Shown one piece after another: positions 11,708 to 22,649 of a DNA stretch of 64,000 nucleotides. Source of the DNA: Raillietiella orientalis. Lineage: Eukaryota. A model generated the notes under the pieces. It did no database searches. It was not told where the DNA came from and saw only the letters and a program-made list of their open reading frames with translations. The DNA lies in the NCBI GenBank assembly GCA_036172245.1, contig JAYWIR010000021.1, forward strand, positions 3,100,001 through 3,164,000. Reading direction: 5' to 3'. The translations under genes and the position numbers were made by a program. Within the stretch, counting starts at the first letter, position 1; each line of letters starts with the position of its first letter.

Positions 11708-12020
11708 CTTCGCACGTGAACTGTCCGTAGTGCTTGCCCGACGACTTGTCACCGCAGACGACGCATTCGATGTTCTGCCCTTTGTCGGCTGCCCCGTTCT
11801 GGCCCGGTTCCACGAGGGGGGAGCTCCTCTGGGAGGCGGCCGACAGGCCGGAGGTGAACATGGCCGCTTGCGAGATGGCCGCCGCCCCTTGCAGGGAGCT
11901 CGGAGGGTGGGACATTTCTTTCGCTATGTCCTCGGCGGTGGCGCTGGCGACCGCCGTCGAAGTCATGGCCAGCGTTCCCGGGTCCCGCCACATCGAGGAC
12001 GGCGGAGCCACCAGAGCCAT
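11708..12020 (-). CDS. svp: COUP-TF/seven-up (NR2F) coding exon 1: A/B domain and first zinc finger
   Basis: ATG at 12020 starts [14 protein letters not shown], resembling the COUP-TF N-terminal MAMVVSxWRDP motif. The exon ends ...[23 protein letters not shown] at donor G|GTAGGT (11708/11707); 313 nt, phase 1. Confidence 0.93.
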
Positions 12021-12274
12021 CGTCTCCCACACTTTCGAACCCTGCAGGGGAGGAGGAGGAGGAGGAGCTTCCAGAAAAAGAGGAGTCCCCAGAGATATGG
12101 GGGAAAACAGGGTCGTGCGGTTGCACGTGGCGACGGCGGTCACTGATCACAAGGAGGAGAAGGCTGCTCGGTTTTCTCGACGGGTTGCCAGGGATGCGCG
12201 GGAGGGTGGGGAGGAGGAGGAGGAAGGGGGCGGGGAGGGGACGGGGGACGGGAGGAGGGAGGAAAAAGTACAGC

Positions 12275-12305
12275 AAAAAAAAAAAAAAAGAAGAAGAAGA
12301 AGAAG

Positions 12306-12337
<32 letters not shown>

Positions 12338-12341
12338 AAAA
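12275..12341 (+). repeat. A/(GAA)n/(GA)n tract, a polypyrimidine run in the predicted svp 5'UTR sense strand
   Basis: Directly visible. Confidence 0.9.
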
Positions 12342-12354
12342 GCAGGACTCGGTT

Positions 12355-12471
12355 TCACGACGGGAGCAGCGGCATGTTCGGCGCGTCGGGGGCTCCCGTG
12401 GTCCTGGCGACGGCGCTCGACCTCTCCGGCGGGGGAAGGTTTTTCACCGGATCCTCGGGCAGGCGGCACAT
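12355..12471 (-). other. 38-codon upstream ORF in the predicted svp 5'UTR
   Basis: ATG 12471 to TGA 12357-12355: MCRLPEDPVKNLPPPERSSAVARTTGAPDAPNMPLLPS. It contains the only two ATGs between the predicted TSS and the main ATG. Confidence 0.4.
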
Positions 12472-12502
12472 CCAAGGAGTCCCCACTCTCTCGCGCTACT
12501 GA
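12468..12502 (-). promoter_or_regulatory. Inr+DPE core promoter of svp, predicted TSS 12500
   Basis: TCAGTA at 12502-12497 (A+1=12500) and GGATGT (matches RGWYVT) at exactly +28..+33 (12473-12468), 480 nt upstream of the ATG. Confidence 0.6.
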
Positions 12503-12773
12503 CGGCTCGGACCGGAGCGCTCTGTCAACGGGGGGGGGAAAGTCCTCGTTCCGGGAGCCGAACGTTCCTTCCCTTCTTCAGGCGAGGTGACCTCGAGGCA
12601 CTGGAGGAAACGCGAGTGACGCTCTCGAAGCTCGCGCGTGTCCACACTCGCAGTAACCTGGGATACGTTTGGCTGCATCAAGAGGCCACGAACTTTGGAT
12701 TACCTCCGCCTTTCGCAGATGACAGCGATTGCTCCGCCGTGCGGGAGGGCAGGGCAGGGCAGGTCGCTGGATG

Positions 12774-12872
12774 CTGATTGGCTGCCGGCGTCTGACTGCT
12801 TTCCGGGGGAAAACGCGCGAGCGGCGCGGGGAAGCGCTCAGTCCTCGTCGGAAGAGTACCGATGCTCGACGT
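12774..12872 (+). promoter_or_regulatory. Divergent plus-strand promoter candidate (CCAAT box, Inr, near-DPE)
   Basis: CTGATTGGCTG (full NF-Y box) at 12774-12784, about -60. TCAGTC Inr at 12838-12843 (A+1=12840). CGACGT at +28..+33 is one mismatch from the DPE consensus. Confidence 0.4.
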
Positions 12873-14551
12873 GCGGGCTGCCGCCGAAAGGCCGCGCGCG
12901 CCGATCCTTCGCAAGGGTCTCGCTTCCTCTTCCTCTCCCTCCTCCTCCTCCTCCTCCCTATCCCCCCCCCCCTTCCTCCCTCCTCCCTCTCCTTCCCCCG
13001 GATCTCTCCCGCTTCCACATACTCCTTCCCCCTGCCATCCATTCACCTGCCTTCGGGAGGGAGGAGCGCTGCTCCCGCGCTCGCGAGCGGAAGGAAGTAC
13101 TTCGCGAAGACGCAGGTAAACAAGAAGATCGGAAACCGTCCAATCAGGATCGGTACTCGCTCGGAGCACCGGGAAGCTCCGTACTGCTCGCGCGAGGGGA
13201 TAGCTGTGATTCGCGGCTTCTCCCGGGGACGCGGTCCCGAAGACGAGCAGACACCACCTCCGGGGATTTCCCGCCGACAAATGGGTTCGGGCCGAGGGAA
13301 GCGGGGAGGAGGGATCCCTCTTCCCCGCTTCCCTCCGGAAGGGAAGACAGTGGGGCATGGGGGGGAGGGGGGAGTGCCATCGTTCGGTGCAGGATTGCCA
13401 CTCTCCTGCAGCGATTCCAAGGAAACGTTTTTTTTTTTTTTTCCTGTCTCTCCTCTTCCCCCTTCTCTCCCGCTTCAGAGAAGCACTCTCTTCGTCTCTT
13501 GCGGCGCACTTCCTCCTGCCAGGAACGTCCGCGGAACCCAGACGTTCTGTGACCCTCTGCTGAGCAGGGATGGCATCGGAAAAAGGGGAGGGGAGGGGCG
13601 GAGGAGACGGGGTGCTCCTTGTGTTTCGCCGCGGCACCCCACCCCACCCCGCCTTAAACTGCTGCGCTTCTCCCTGCCGGGTCCGAGGGAGTGACTCCGC
13701 GCTCCAGGGTCCCTGGAAGAAGGGAGGGAGGTGGTTCGGCGCGAGTCCCGGAAAAAGGCAAAGAGCTCCGCAGGGAGGAAGCGCCGGCTGTGGCGTGCGG
13801 GAGAGGTCGGCAGCACCCATCGTCGCCTTCGAATACCCCGTGAGGAAGAGAAAAAGGGGGTCTGAGCTTTCCTGCGGGTCGAACTGGGGAGGAGAGAGAG
13901 TGGGCAAACACGAAGAGGAGGAGGGGGAGGGAGGCGGTGATGATGGGCCTTTCTGAAGAAGTCTGCTACCTTTTTTTTGTTTTTGCTGTTCCCTTCCCCA
14001 CCTCCTCCCCCTCGCCTTTGCCAAACACGAAAAGAAAGAAGGAACATTCCATCTGCGGAAGCAGAAGACGGAAGTCACTTTTTGCTACCTTCAGCGAGCT
14101 CCTTTTGGTTCCCTCAGACCCTTTTTTTTCTTTGGCTGAAGCAAAGCGCTGAAGAACCGTTCGCCCCCGTAGAGGGGAGGGGCTCACAGAGCTGTTTAAC
14201 TCTGTCCACGCTACGCGAAAGTGTTGAGGTCCTTTGAAGGAAACCCTATAGGGAGAGGCCCCCCCCTCCCCTCCTTCCCGAGAGGAGGGAAGTATCACTC
14301 AGCTCCATGGGAAGTGACGGAGGCTCCCCTTTTCCAGCCGGAGGAAAGCCCCGAAGGACTCCATGATCCCTGGAAGGAACTCCGCAGGGAGTTCGACTTC
14401 CTCATCCCGGCCGGTCAACGGGATACCCGGGGGTTTCCGGCTTCCAGCAGTGCCGCCCCGAATGAACCACCCAGCGCCGTCCTGCAGAAAGGGGTTTGCG
14501 GGGTGGACTCGGAACCCACGACGCGCCCTCCATTGCTCGGCGCCGACCCTC

Positions 14552-14615
14552 CTTCCGGCGGGGATTCGAACCCGCGACCGCTGGTGCTGTGCGCGTGGAG
14601 GCCGCAGCCAAGAAT
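14552..14615 (-). mobile_element. tRNA-derived SINE head (B-box) upstream of svp
   Basis: Reverse complement reads gcggtcgcGGGTTCGAATCCCCGCCGGAAG, identical over 22 nt to the intron-1 copy. Confidence 0.5.
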
Positions 14616-17139
14616 GGAGGAATTTTTCATCCAGCATCTGGCGCAATCGCCGGAGAAATTACAAGGAGCTGAACGGATTGGTCACAGAGGGCTGCGGAGG
14701 AGAGAAAGGAGGAGAAGGATCGCGAATGTGATGGGCGAGGAGATCGCGGGGGAGGCGAATTCCGGGATCGCGCCGCGGATGTGCAGAGGGTCGTAGAGGG
14801 ATAGAGAGGATCGGCCACCTCTTCCTCCTTCTACGGATTGCGTCATTCTGACAAATAGAGAGATTTGTGGCATGACAGACGATGTGGAATCGCTCTAATT
14901 TTAGAAAGGAAGGAGAGTGAGAGGGGGAGGGGGGCAAGAGAGGGAAAGAGAGAGAGCAAAGGAAAAAGGAAGAAAAATTCCGATTGTTCCCAGCTGCTGC
15001 TCCCATTGGCATTAACTCGACGAAACTGTTGGCAGGGATACAACAGCTTCCAGTGACTAATCTGGGATTCTGTTGTCTGAGAGTTCTCTGTTCCATTTTT
15101 TTTTTTTTTTTTTTTTCGGTTCTCGCACGGGAGCGGAAACGAAAATAAAGCCAGGAGCGGAACAATCCATCATTAACGTATGCAGATGTGCGGTTCCTCG
15201 CTGACCTTGCCCCCTCCGAAAGAAGAGCAGAAGAAGAATTCTTCCGCCTGCTCCAGCGGGCCGTTTCTCTCAATCCCCGCATCTGCAGCCGGATCTTTTC
15301 CGCTGCTTGGAGGTGGATTTTCTTTTTTTCTTTCTCGCGGGAACGGATCGACCGTGCCCCGGGAGAGAGGAGGCCGCAGGAATGCGGTTCCCGGGCGTCG
15401 GACGGTCTTTTCTCATCGGCTGAGATCAGCCCTCCCCTCCCCCCCCCATCATACCGAAGAGGCGCTGTTTCTAGACCGAAATTTCCAGAACGGGAAGAAT
15501 CATTTTCCTCCCTGGCCTCCTCCCTCTCTTCCTTGCTCGACAGAGGGGGTTCTCCCACGTCCTTCCGGTTTCGGGAATGACCAGGTTGGGCAGGTGGGGC
15601 GTCTCGGAGGCGCCCCGCGATGGAGCCAGATGGTCCCCCCCACCTCCCTCCCCCCCACACATCGGTGCCCGCGCGATCCCTCATCCCCTGCCGCAGGCGG
15701 AAGACAGTCCTTCGAAGGCGCGCGCGCGCGCTCGCGTTAGTCCTGGGCGCTCATCCACCATCCCCGGCAGCAGCGAAGCATCGGTGATTAATCTTCTTCC
15801 TGACCTCAAGTAATTTAAAATTAACCTTTTGAATCTTTTCCCTCTTCCTCACAATGGAAAATCTTCCTTGGATCACTTAATCTGCGTAATTGAAGGTAAA
15901 TCTTTCACTGCTTGCGACATGTGACTCGCACGTTCGGCTGCGGCGGGTGCACCACAAGAAAAATGCGTCTCCGGAGGACACGGCTCAAAAGTATGTGATG
16001 CGTTCCTGTTGTTGTTGTTTTTTTTTTTTTTTTCTTCTTCTTCTTCTTCTTCTCTCTCCCCCCCCCTCCCGTCCTCCCCCTGCGCGCGCGCTTCGCCCGA
16101 AACGCGTGCGTGGGCGCAGATGACTTGAAAACGCGACGAAAGCAGCGCGGGTCGCTCCTGTCGAACGACGACGACGACAACAGGAGCGACGGTGCGATGG
16201 CGACGGGTGAAAAACCGATCCGGTCGCCGAGGCTGCCTGGTTGAGAGGGAAGGAACCGTCCCCGGAGAGACAGCGCTCCTTTCTCTGGAGCTGCCTCCGG
16301 GAGGGAGACGGGGCGGATGAAGGAAGGGGAGGGGGAAGGGCGGGCAAGGGCCCTATGCGCGGAAATTCTCATCATCGGGATCGCCCTGGCAGAAGGAGCG
16401 CAGGACGAAGAGCAGAGCCGGGGGGAGAATGTTCCCCCGTCGGGCAGAGGGAGACGCAGAGGAACCGAGAGCGCAGGCTCGCGAAAGGGGCAGTGAAAAA
16501 AGGGAGGGGGTGAGAAGGCGGGGAGGAGAGGACCCTTCGAAGGAACTTCGCTCGGCAACTCCGCCAAGTGTTTTGCTCCCTGAGAGGATCGCGACGGACG
16601 GCGGACGCTGCTTCGCAGAGACGTCGTGTTCTTCCGACGGCCACTCGCTGCCGCCGCAGCAGCTGAAAAACGACGGGCCGAGACCGCAGCAGGCATCTTC
16701 TTCTGCCATAATCTGGGATGCCCACGATGCACTAGGAATAGGTGGATGCGCGCCACTGTACTACAAGAATCCCCCCCCCCCCCAAAAAAAAAGGGGGGGG
16801 GAGGGGTAAGAGGAGGAGGAAAGAAAAAAAAAAATAAAAGTGAGCGGAAAGTTGGTCACCAGCAGCAACGTTGGTCCGTCTGAGCAGTGGTGATGGCGGT
16901 CTCGGGGAAAAGCTTTCACTTCTGACGCAGCGCGGGCACAGACGACGGAGGAAAAAGAGCGAAAGTCAGGGGAGGAGGAGTGATCTGCTCCGACCTAATC
17001 TTTCTGGAGCTTATCGGAGCAGCCTGGAAACGCAAGAAAGTGTTCAAATCGTCGCGAAATGGTTGTCATGCAAAGGTCGTTCGGCGATGGGTATCATGCC
17101 AGCCCGCTTGCCGCGCAGACACAGATAATAAGGACCAGA

Positions 17140-17350
17140 GAGAGAGCCCTGAGTCGGGCTTACGTCGCAACAACCTTGTTATCGCGGGGGATCTATGGGG
17201 AAACGGCCGAATCACCCTGGATACCCTCAGCTGCTCTCTTTCCACCGGGACGGAGCATCTAAAAGAGGAGCTCGAGGAAGAGGAGGAGGGTTCGGTACTG
17301 GCGCGGCGCGTCGAGGAACGCAATCGGGGCTCCACCAAAACGTCGTCAAG
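17140..17350 (+). mobile_element. LINE ORF1 fragment (L2/CR1-type)
   Basis: ESGLRRNNLVIAG...LKEELE...VLARRVEERNRG resembles the ORF1 RRNNLVIxG...RxxRLG pattern. Confidence 0.35.
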
Positions 17351-17481
17351 GAGACGCCTCGCCCGAAGTGCGATATGATTACAGATGAAAGATGACCCTT
17401 GCACGTTTTCCAGAACTTTTTATTCTGAATCCTCATCCTTCGTACGTAGGGTAGGGGAAAAGGGGGGGGGGGTAGGAAAGG

Positions 17482-17526
17482 AAGAAGAAGAAGAAGAAGA
17501 AGAAGAAGAAGAAGAAGAAGAAGAAA
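17482..17526 (+). repeat. (GAA)n microsatellite
   Basis: Directly visible. Confidence 0.95.
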
Positions 17527-19499
17527 ATTCCTTGTTGCTCAACGCTGCCTTCCGACGGAAAAGTTTTCATTCTCTTGAAAGGATTTTGCAAGAGACACAG
17601 CCGAGCGTTTCTTAGCAACCGCTCTTCGTTTGACGACCTGCTTCTTGCGAAAGACGGGGAAACATGAAAGGGGAGGAGGGATCCATCCTTTGCAAGCGAT
17701 GGTAGAGGGAGGCTGCTCGCAGCCGTCGTTGAATCGAAAACGAGCCCAGCAGGGAAAAAACCTCGAATTCGAGATTGTCCTTCGTTTTGAGCGTTCCTCC
17801 TGGAGGAGCTCTTCCCGACCCATCTCTTCCACTCCGACGCAAGAGATGAGAACGCCGTCTTTCAGAATCAGCGAAGTACGAACTCCGCGAAGTCACGGGT
17901 CGATTCTAAGGGAATGCCTCCCGAAGCCAGGTCAGGCACGGAGGCGTACTCCGGAGGAAACGAATGGTCTCCCGTGGCAGCAGCAACCTGATCAAACAGC
18001 TCCATTCACGATCGAGCGCGTGACAGCAAGAGCAGAGGGTTTCCGTCCGGGGGAAAAATCCACAGGACGAGATGCTGCACAGCTTGCGTTTGCAGAACAT
18101 CCGAAGGTTCATTAAACAGATCGTTCAACAATGCCAATTATTGCCTCGGTCACGACTCTGAACTCACGAGGAGGAGGAATCGACAGTCCCATGCCATAAA
18201 TAATAACTGGAACTCGGATTCTTCGACGGCCACAGAGCCGAGCGATAAATAAGAAGAAGAAGAAGAAAAATGCAAATGGGGATACTGTTGTGAGCTCTTT
18301 CGCTTTCAGATGGCAGCTGGCGCTGCACCGAATGCGTAACGGTCAGAAAATGTTCTCTTGCTCTCCGTGTTCCCCGCACGGCAAGATGATGGCATTCGAG
18401 GAGAGCATCTTCTCGCGCGAACTGGCAGCAAAGCGCCCGTCTTCATCAGAGCCGAAACGTCCGCAGGAAGCGAAGAGGGCATCAAAAGTCGCGCCGTAGT
18501 TGCTGTGGTCAAGCAGAAGGACTCTTTCGTTCCGTCTTTTTTTTTTTTTTTTCCCTTCCTGTTGTGGATTCCCTTCCGGAAGATGAGGTTTCGTTCACTC
18601 GCAATGGGCTGCTTGAATCCCATATGAGTCGACCACCATCTGAGAAGCGGGGAGCAGAGTCGCCCATCTTTGCGTAACTGTAAAAAAAAAAAAAAAAAAA
18701 AAAAAACAAAAATGCAGCGATGAACTGACGATACATGCACATGTGTTCGCATGCGTTCGAGATGAGGAGTGCATGCGCTTTTTAAATAATTTTTTTTTTT
18801 TTCCTCTCATCTTGCGGGTCTCCCTTTCCAAAGCGACCGCGCACTGACGTCATTACTTCGGTGAAAGGAAAGACCAAACCGACAAGACACCAGGACCCAG
18901 AAAGATTCACGAGTCGCAAATAATGACTCCAGCTGACAAGAACAACTCGGTTTTGGATATCTGCAGCTTGAAAATTTAACTATGAATCATCTGGGTTCAT
19001 CGCGTTACTCATGTGGAGCAGTCAGCTGGAATGTCTTGCACTGCACAGTGTATCAAAGGCAGCCAGCCAATCCCTGGCCGCCCATCACGAGTTTCGAGGA
19101 AATATCTTAAGCTCGTATCGAAGCTATTTTTCAGTGGACCACTCTTGGCAGAACTTTTCCCGACTTCACCAGAGGCAATGTCCTTTCGGTTCTTGTTGTC
19201 GAACCATGGAAAGTTGAGTAAGTCCAAAACGAAGGAAACAATTTGTCATTTGCTCGCACTTCTGGCGCAATGAATGGATGGAGCAATAAATTATGGTTCC
19301 GAATTGTCTTCTCCATCACGGAACGTCTGTTGTTCGTATCATTGGTATGCTCGTCCTATTCCCCGACCGTTGAGGCGATCCCCCAAAACGAGAGGCCGAT
19401 GACGATCGAAGACAAAACGAAACAAGGAAGGAAGGAAAAAAAAGAAAAAAGAAAAAATGCTGCATTCTTGTGATATGCCTACTTCTTTCTCGGATGGTG

Positions 19500-19950
19500 C
19501 AGAGGTCATTTTGACGCAGTAGACAACGTAAAATGAAGGGAATGCATCTTGCCGCTCGCTCTAAGAAGCACTCCTGAACGAATTTCAAAACTGGAATTTT
19601 CCTTAAGATAAAGCACGAGATGCTTGCTCTCTTGAGCAGAGCTTTCGAGTGGCACTTCGCCTACCTTCGGTTCCACGGCACTTGCTGCCTCGCACCAAGG
19701 GATCGCTTACATTCTTCAGCACCATGACCACTATCTTATTATGATCCTCATCTGTCGACTCGTGCAACACAAGGACAGATGCTTCCCTTGGATGTTTCGT
19801 ATTCGCTGTTGCTTTCAAGCAAACTAAGAGTTCGTATTTCTTGAGATTAGTAGGCTGGCGATTGCGCTCCAGTCGAGTGCACTCGATATGGAGCCCGTTG
19901 CTGTGGAACCTCTTGTTTAGAGTGATGAGCAGCCTTTTGGAGATGCAAGG
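19500..19950 (-). mobile_element. Decayed hAT transposase fragment
   Basis: SVLVLHESTDEDHNKIVVMVLK resembles SLxxDESTD; downstream SGVLLR/QDAFPSFYVVYCV resembles GVxxRL..P..xxHC; frameshifted. Confidence 0.4.
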
Positions 19951-20506
19951 AACCTCAAAAGACCAAAAACAATCAAGTGGAACTGGATCTTCAGCAGTTA
20001 ACTATAGAGTATCGGAACGACAACCCAAAGACCACGGAAGGTTACTGTGCTTTACAGAATAAACGAATGCATCTGTGTTTGCGTTTCTTGCATTTAAGGG
20101 TGCAATGGCTACTTGCAACTAGCGACGGCTCGTAGGTGGAGGGAAATTACTAAGGGAAGCAATGCATGTCTTCCTCTGCTTCATTAAAAAAAGAAAATGA
20201 CCAACAGCTACTTGGTATGATCGAATAGATTACGTTGCACCAGAAAGGAGACTTTATGGGGGCTCGTGCTGTCCACGGATACGACAACTTGCTCTAATTT
20301 CTTGACAAGCGGTTGATTGTGATATCCAGAAACGTCTCCAAAACTGTGGGATTGCTAAATGGAAGTAAGAAGTTGCCGTCTGGAATCCAAAACTCGATGT
20401 GAACTGCATGTTCATGCAACGGCAATCTCAGCCTCATAGCTGCAGCTCCTCAAACGGAGTGTTGCTGAGCTCGAATCAGCCGTATTTCCCTCTTTTCCCC
20501 CTTTAG

Positions 20507-21529
20507 CCCTAGAACGGTAACGGGACGACTTTGTGCATAAATGGTTACGTGGTGCCACATAGGACACCAATTAAAATCATAAAAAACTCAGTGATTTCTC
20601 ATACACACTCTGTTTTTTTGATGAATTACAGTCATCTTCACAAACTATAAGTTATTTGCACATTCAGAACATTGAGGTCTTCGGTGTGGGGCACATCGAA
20701 GACCTCGATTGCAACAGGTACGCTTTTCCCTTCCTCTTCGGCTGGTGGAACGCGGAAGAACATTTCGCAGCGCTTGTGGATGGTTGGAGGCTCTTGTGGA
20801 ACATCCTGGAACCTCAGATCCTCTTTGTTTCGTACAGATAAAATCAAATTTCGCGAAGGACAGATTTTTGCATCGTAACCGGCGTTCCATATGAGGTGTC
20901 ACAAGCTGGTGTATCCTAAATTGTGAAGGAACCATTTTTCTGGAAATCGCTTCCACAATTTGGATTTCCAAGGCCGTTGGCAATGAACATTACATACGAA
21001 TTTATCCCATCCCCGTCTAACATTCCGCAAAAGGCTCTCAAAGGCCATCCACATCACTTTCATCAGCTGCAACGTCGTCTCTTGGTACGCTCTCTGCTTC
21101 CGAATTTCCGCCACCTAAATCTCGATCCTCGTCATATGAAAACTCTTCCCAGTTAGTTCCTCCTCTTTCATAGCGTCCAACCAACCCTTCCAGTTCATTT
21201 TGTGTGAAAAATTCATTATGGGAGGCCATGGGCGCAAATTTTGATAGGTAACGTAAAAAACAAAACAAAACAAAAAAGCTGGTAGGAAAAAGCAGCGAAG
21301 ACAGAAGAAAAAGAACCCAAGGTAACGCAAAAGCTGATGTGGTGTTGTGTACGACACGATCGAGCACAGAATGAAACAAAACGAACCAACGTGTACGCAA
21401 TTGCGGCTGCAGGCGTCCGGGAGGCTTGGTCACAGGCAGCAGGAACGACATACTGGCAACTCTGACCACGGCAGTCTGCTGCTTCCAGTTCCTGTGCATC
21501 GTATACGACTCCACGTGACCCTTCTAGAA
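20507..21529 (-). mobile_element. Internally deleted piggyBac element, about 1.0 kb
   Basis: Left end ttag|CCCTAGAACGGTAACG; right end reverse complement TTCTAGAAGGGTCACG (12/16 match). An acidic N-terminus MASHNEFFTQNELE...ADESD lies next to the C-terminal LVTPHMERRL...KRTC...CSEC Cys-rich tail; the DDD core is missing. Confidence 0.6.
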
Positions 21530-22649
21530 TAGAAATAAGAAAAAGAGAAATCTAAGAGAAGCAGTAGCTGAGGCTATGAATCCCCTCCATACTGAAGGCT
21601 TTGATGGACACTTGAGCATCCTCAGTTTGACCATTTCTTAGATCATTATATTAGTCTGCATAGAGAGCTGAAGTTCCCATCACGAAAGAATGCCTCCAGT
21701 GATTTGCAATACCGTTTAGGATGGATTAGAAGATTGATTTCCCCCCCCCCTTCCAAAAAAAAGAAGACTAGCAAGAATCTTAGAAGACTCAGAGAAGGTT
21801 TTTTTTTTTTTTTTAAACAAGAGTCACGAGTAATTAATTTCAACTTGCATTCGGGAATATACGAATATCATTTGAAATATCTGTCCTTAGGGAATACAAA
21901 CGACCCCATCCAAATCGGAATCTTATAGACAGATTTAGAGGAATTTCAGGAACCTTTCATTTCAGTGAAGACGTTGGTCGTTTCAGACCATTGGATGAGC
22001 TTTACGATAAAGTACCTGGAAGGTGAACCGTTCGTGAGCACGAAATAAAGGACCGAATTAAAGAGGATGTGCTTTTCCAAGTGAATTGTGAAACGAACAA
22101 AGGAAAGCGTCAGCGGGAATCCAGAAAGAAAAGAAGAGGAAGAATTTTCATGTTTTTTTTTTTTGGTTTTTTTCTTTTAGAATTGAGGAAGAGATGTTTC
22201 AGAGCTGATATTAAAATGGCAAGTTAGCAGAAGAATTGGCCGCTGCCCTCGGATCGCTCATTCCTTCCTGCTTACGAGATTTTGATCCCACCTACTCCTG
22301 ACTCTCCCGTCCTTACCCCCCAGCAAGTGTGCCAACAGCCCGTTCCAACCAAAACGCTTGCCGAATTCTTCCTGCTACTTTGAGCGATTGTCTCATGCGG
22401 ATTTTCCTTATCACCCACAGGCGAAACCGATAACCAAATGCGATGAATTATCGTAGATAAGACGGCTGACGATCGCTCACGCCGGCAACCAAAGCTGCAA
22501 AGACGGAATGCTGCTCAAACGTCTTCCATGCTGCGTCGGTTTCCACGAAATGTGCACTTCTCCAGCTTCCCCCCTCCCCTCTCTCTCCTCATTACCGGCT
22601 GATTTGTCTTGATCCGTTCTTCGATGGGTGAAATTCCTCCAAGCCCGGA

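Noticed and set aside
14221..14796. 191-aa ORF with protein-like ends
   Set aside because: It spans the SINE head, starts at a non-ATG codon and shows no recognisable family; possibly TE debris.
17600..18500. Coding-looking stretch (ORFs 17630-18115 and 17906-18112)
   Set aside because: No motif I can assign; likely decayed TE and needs BLASTX.
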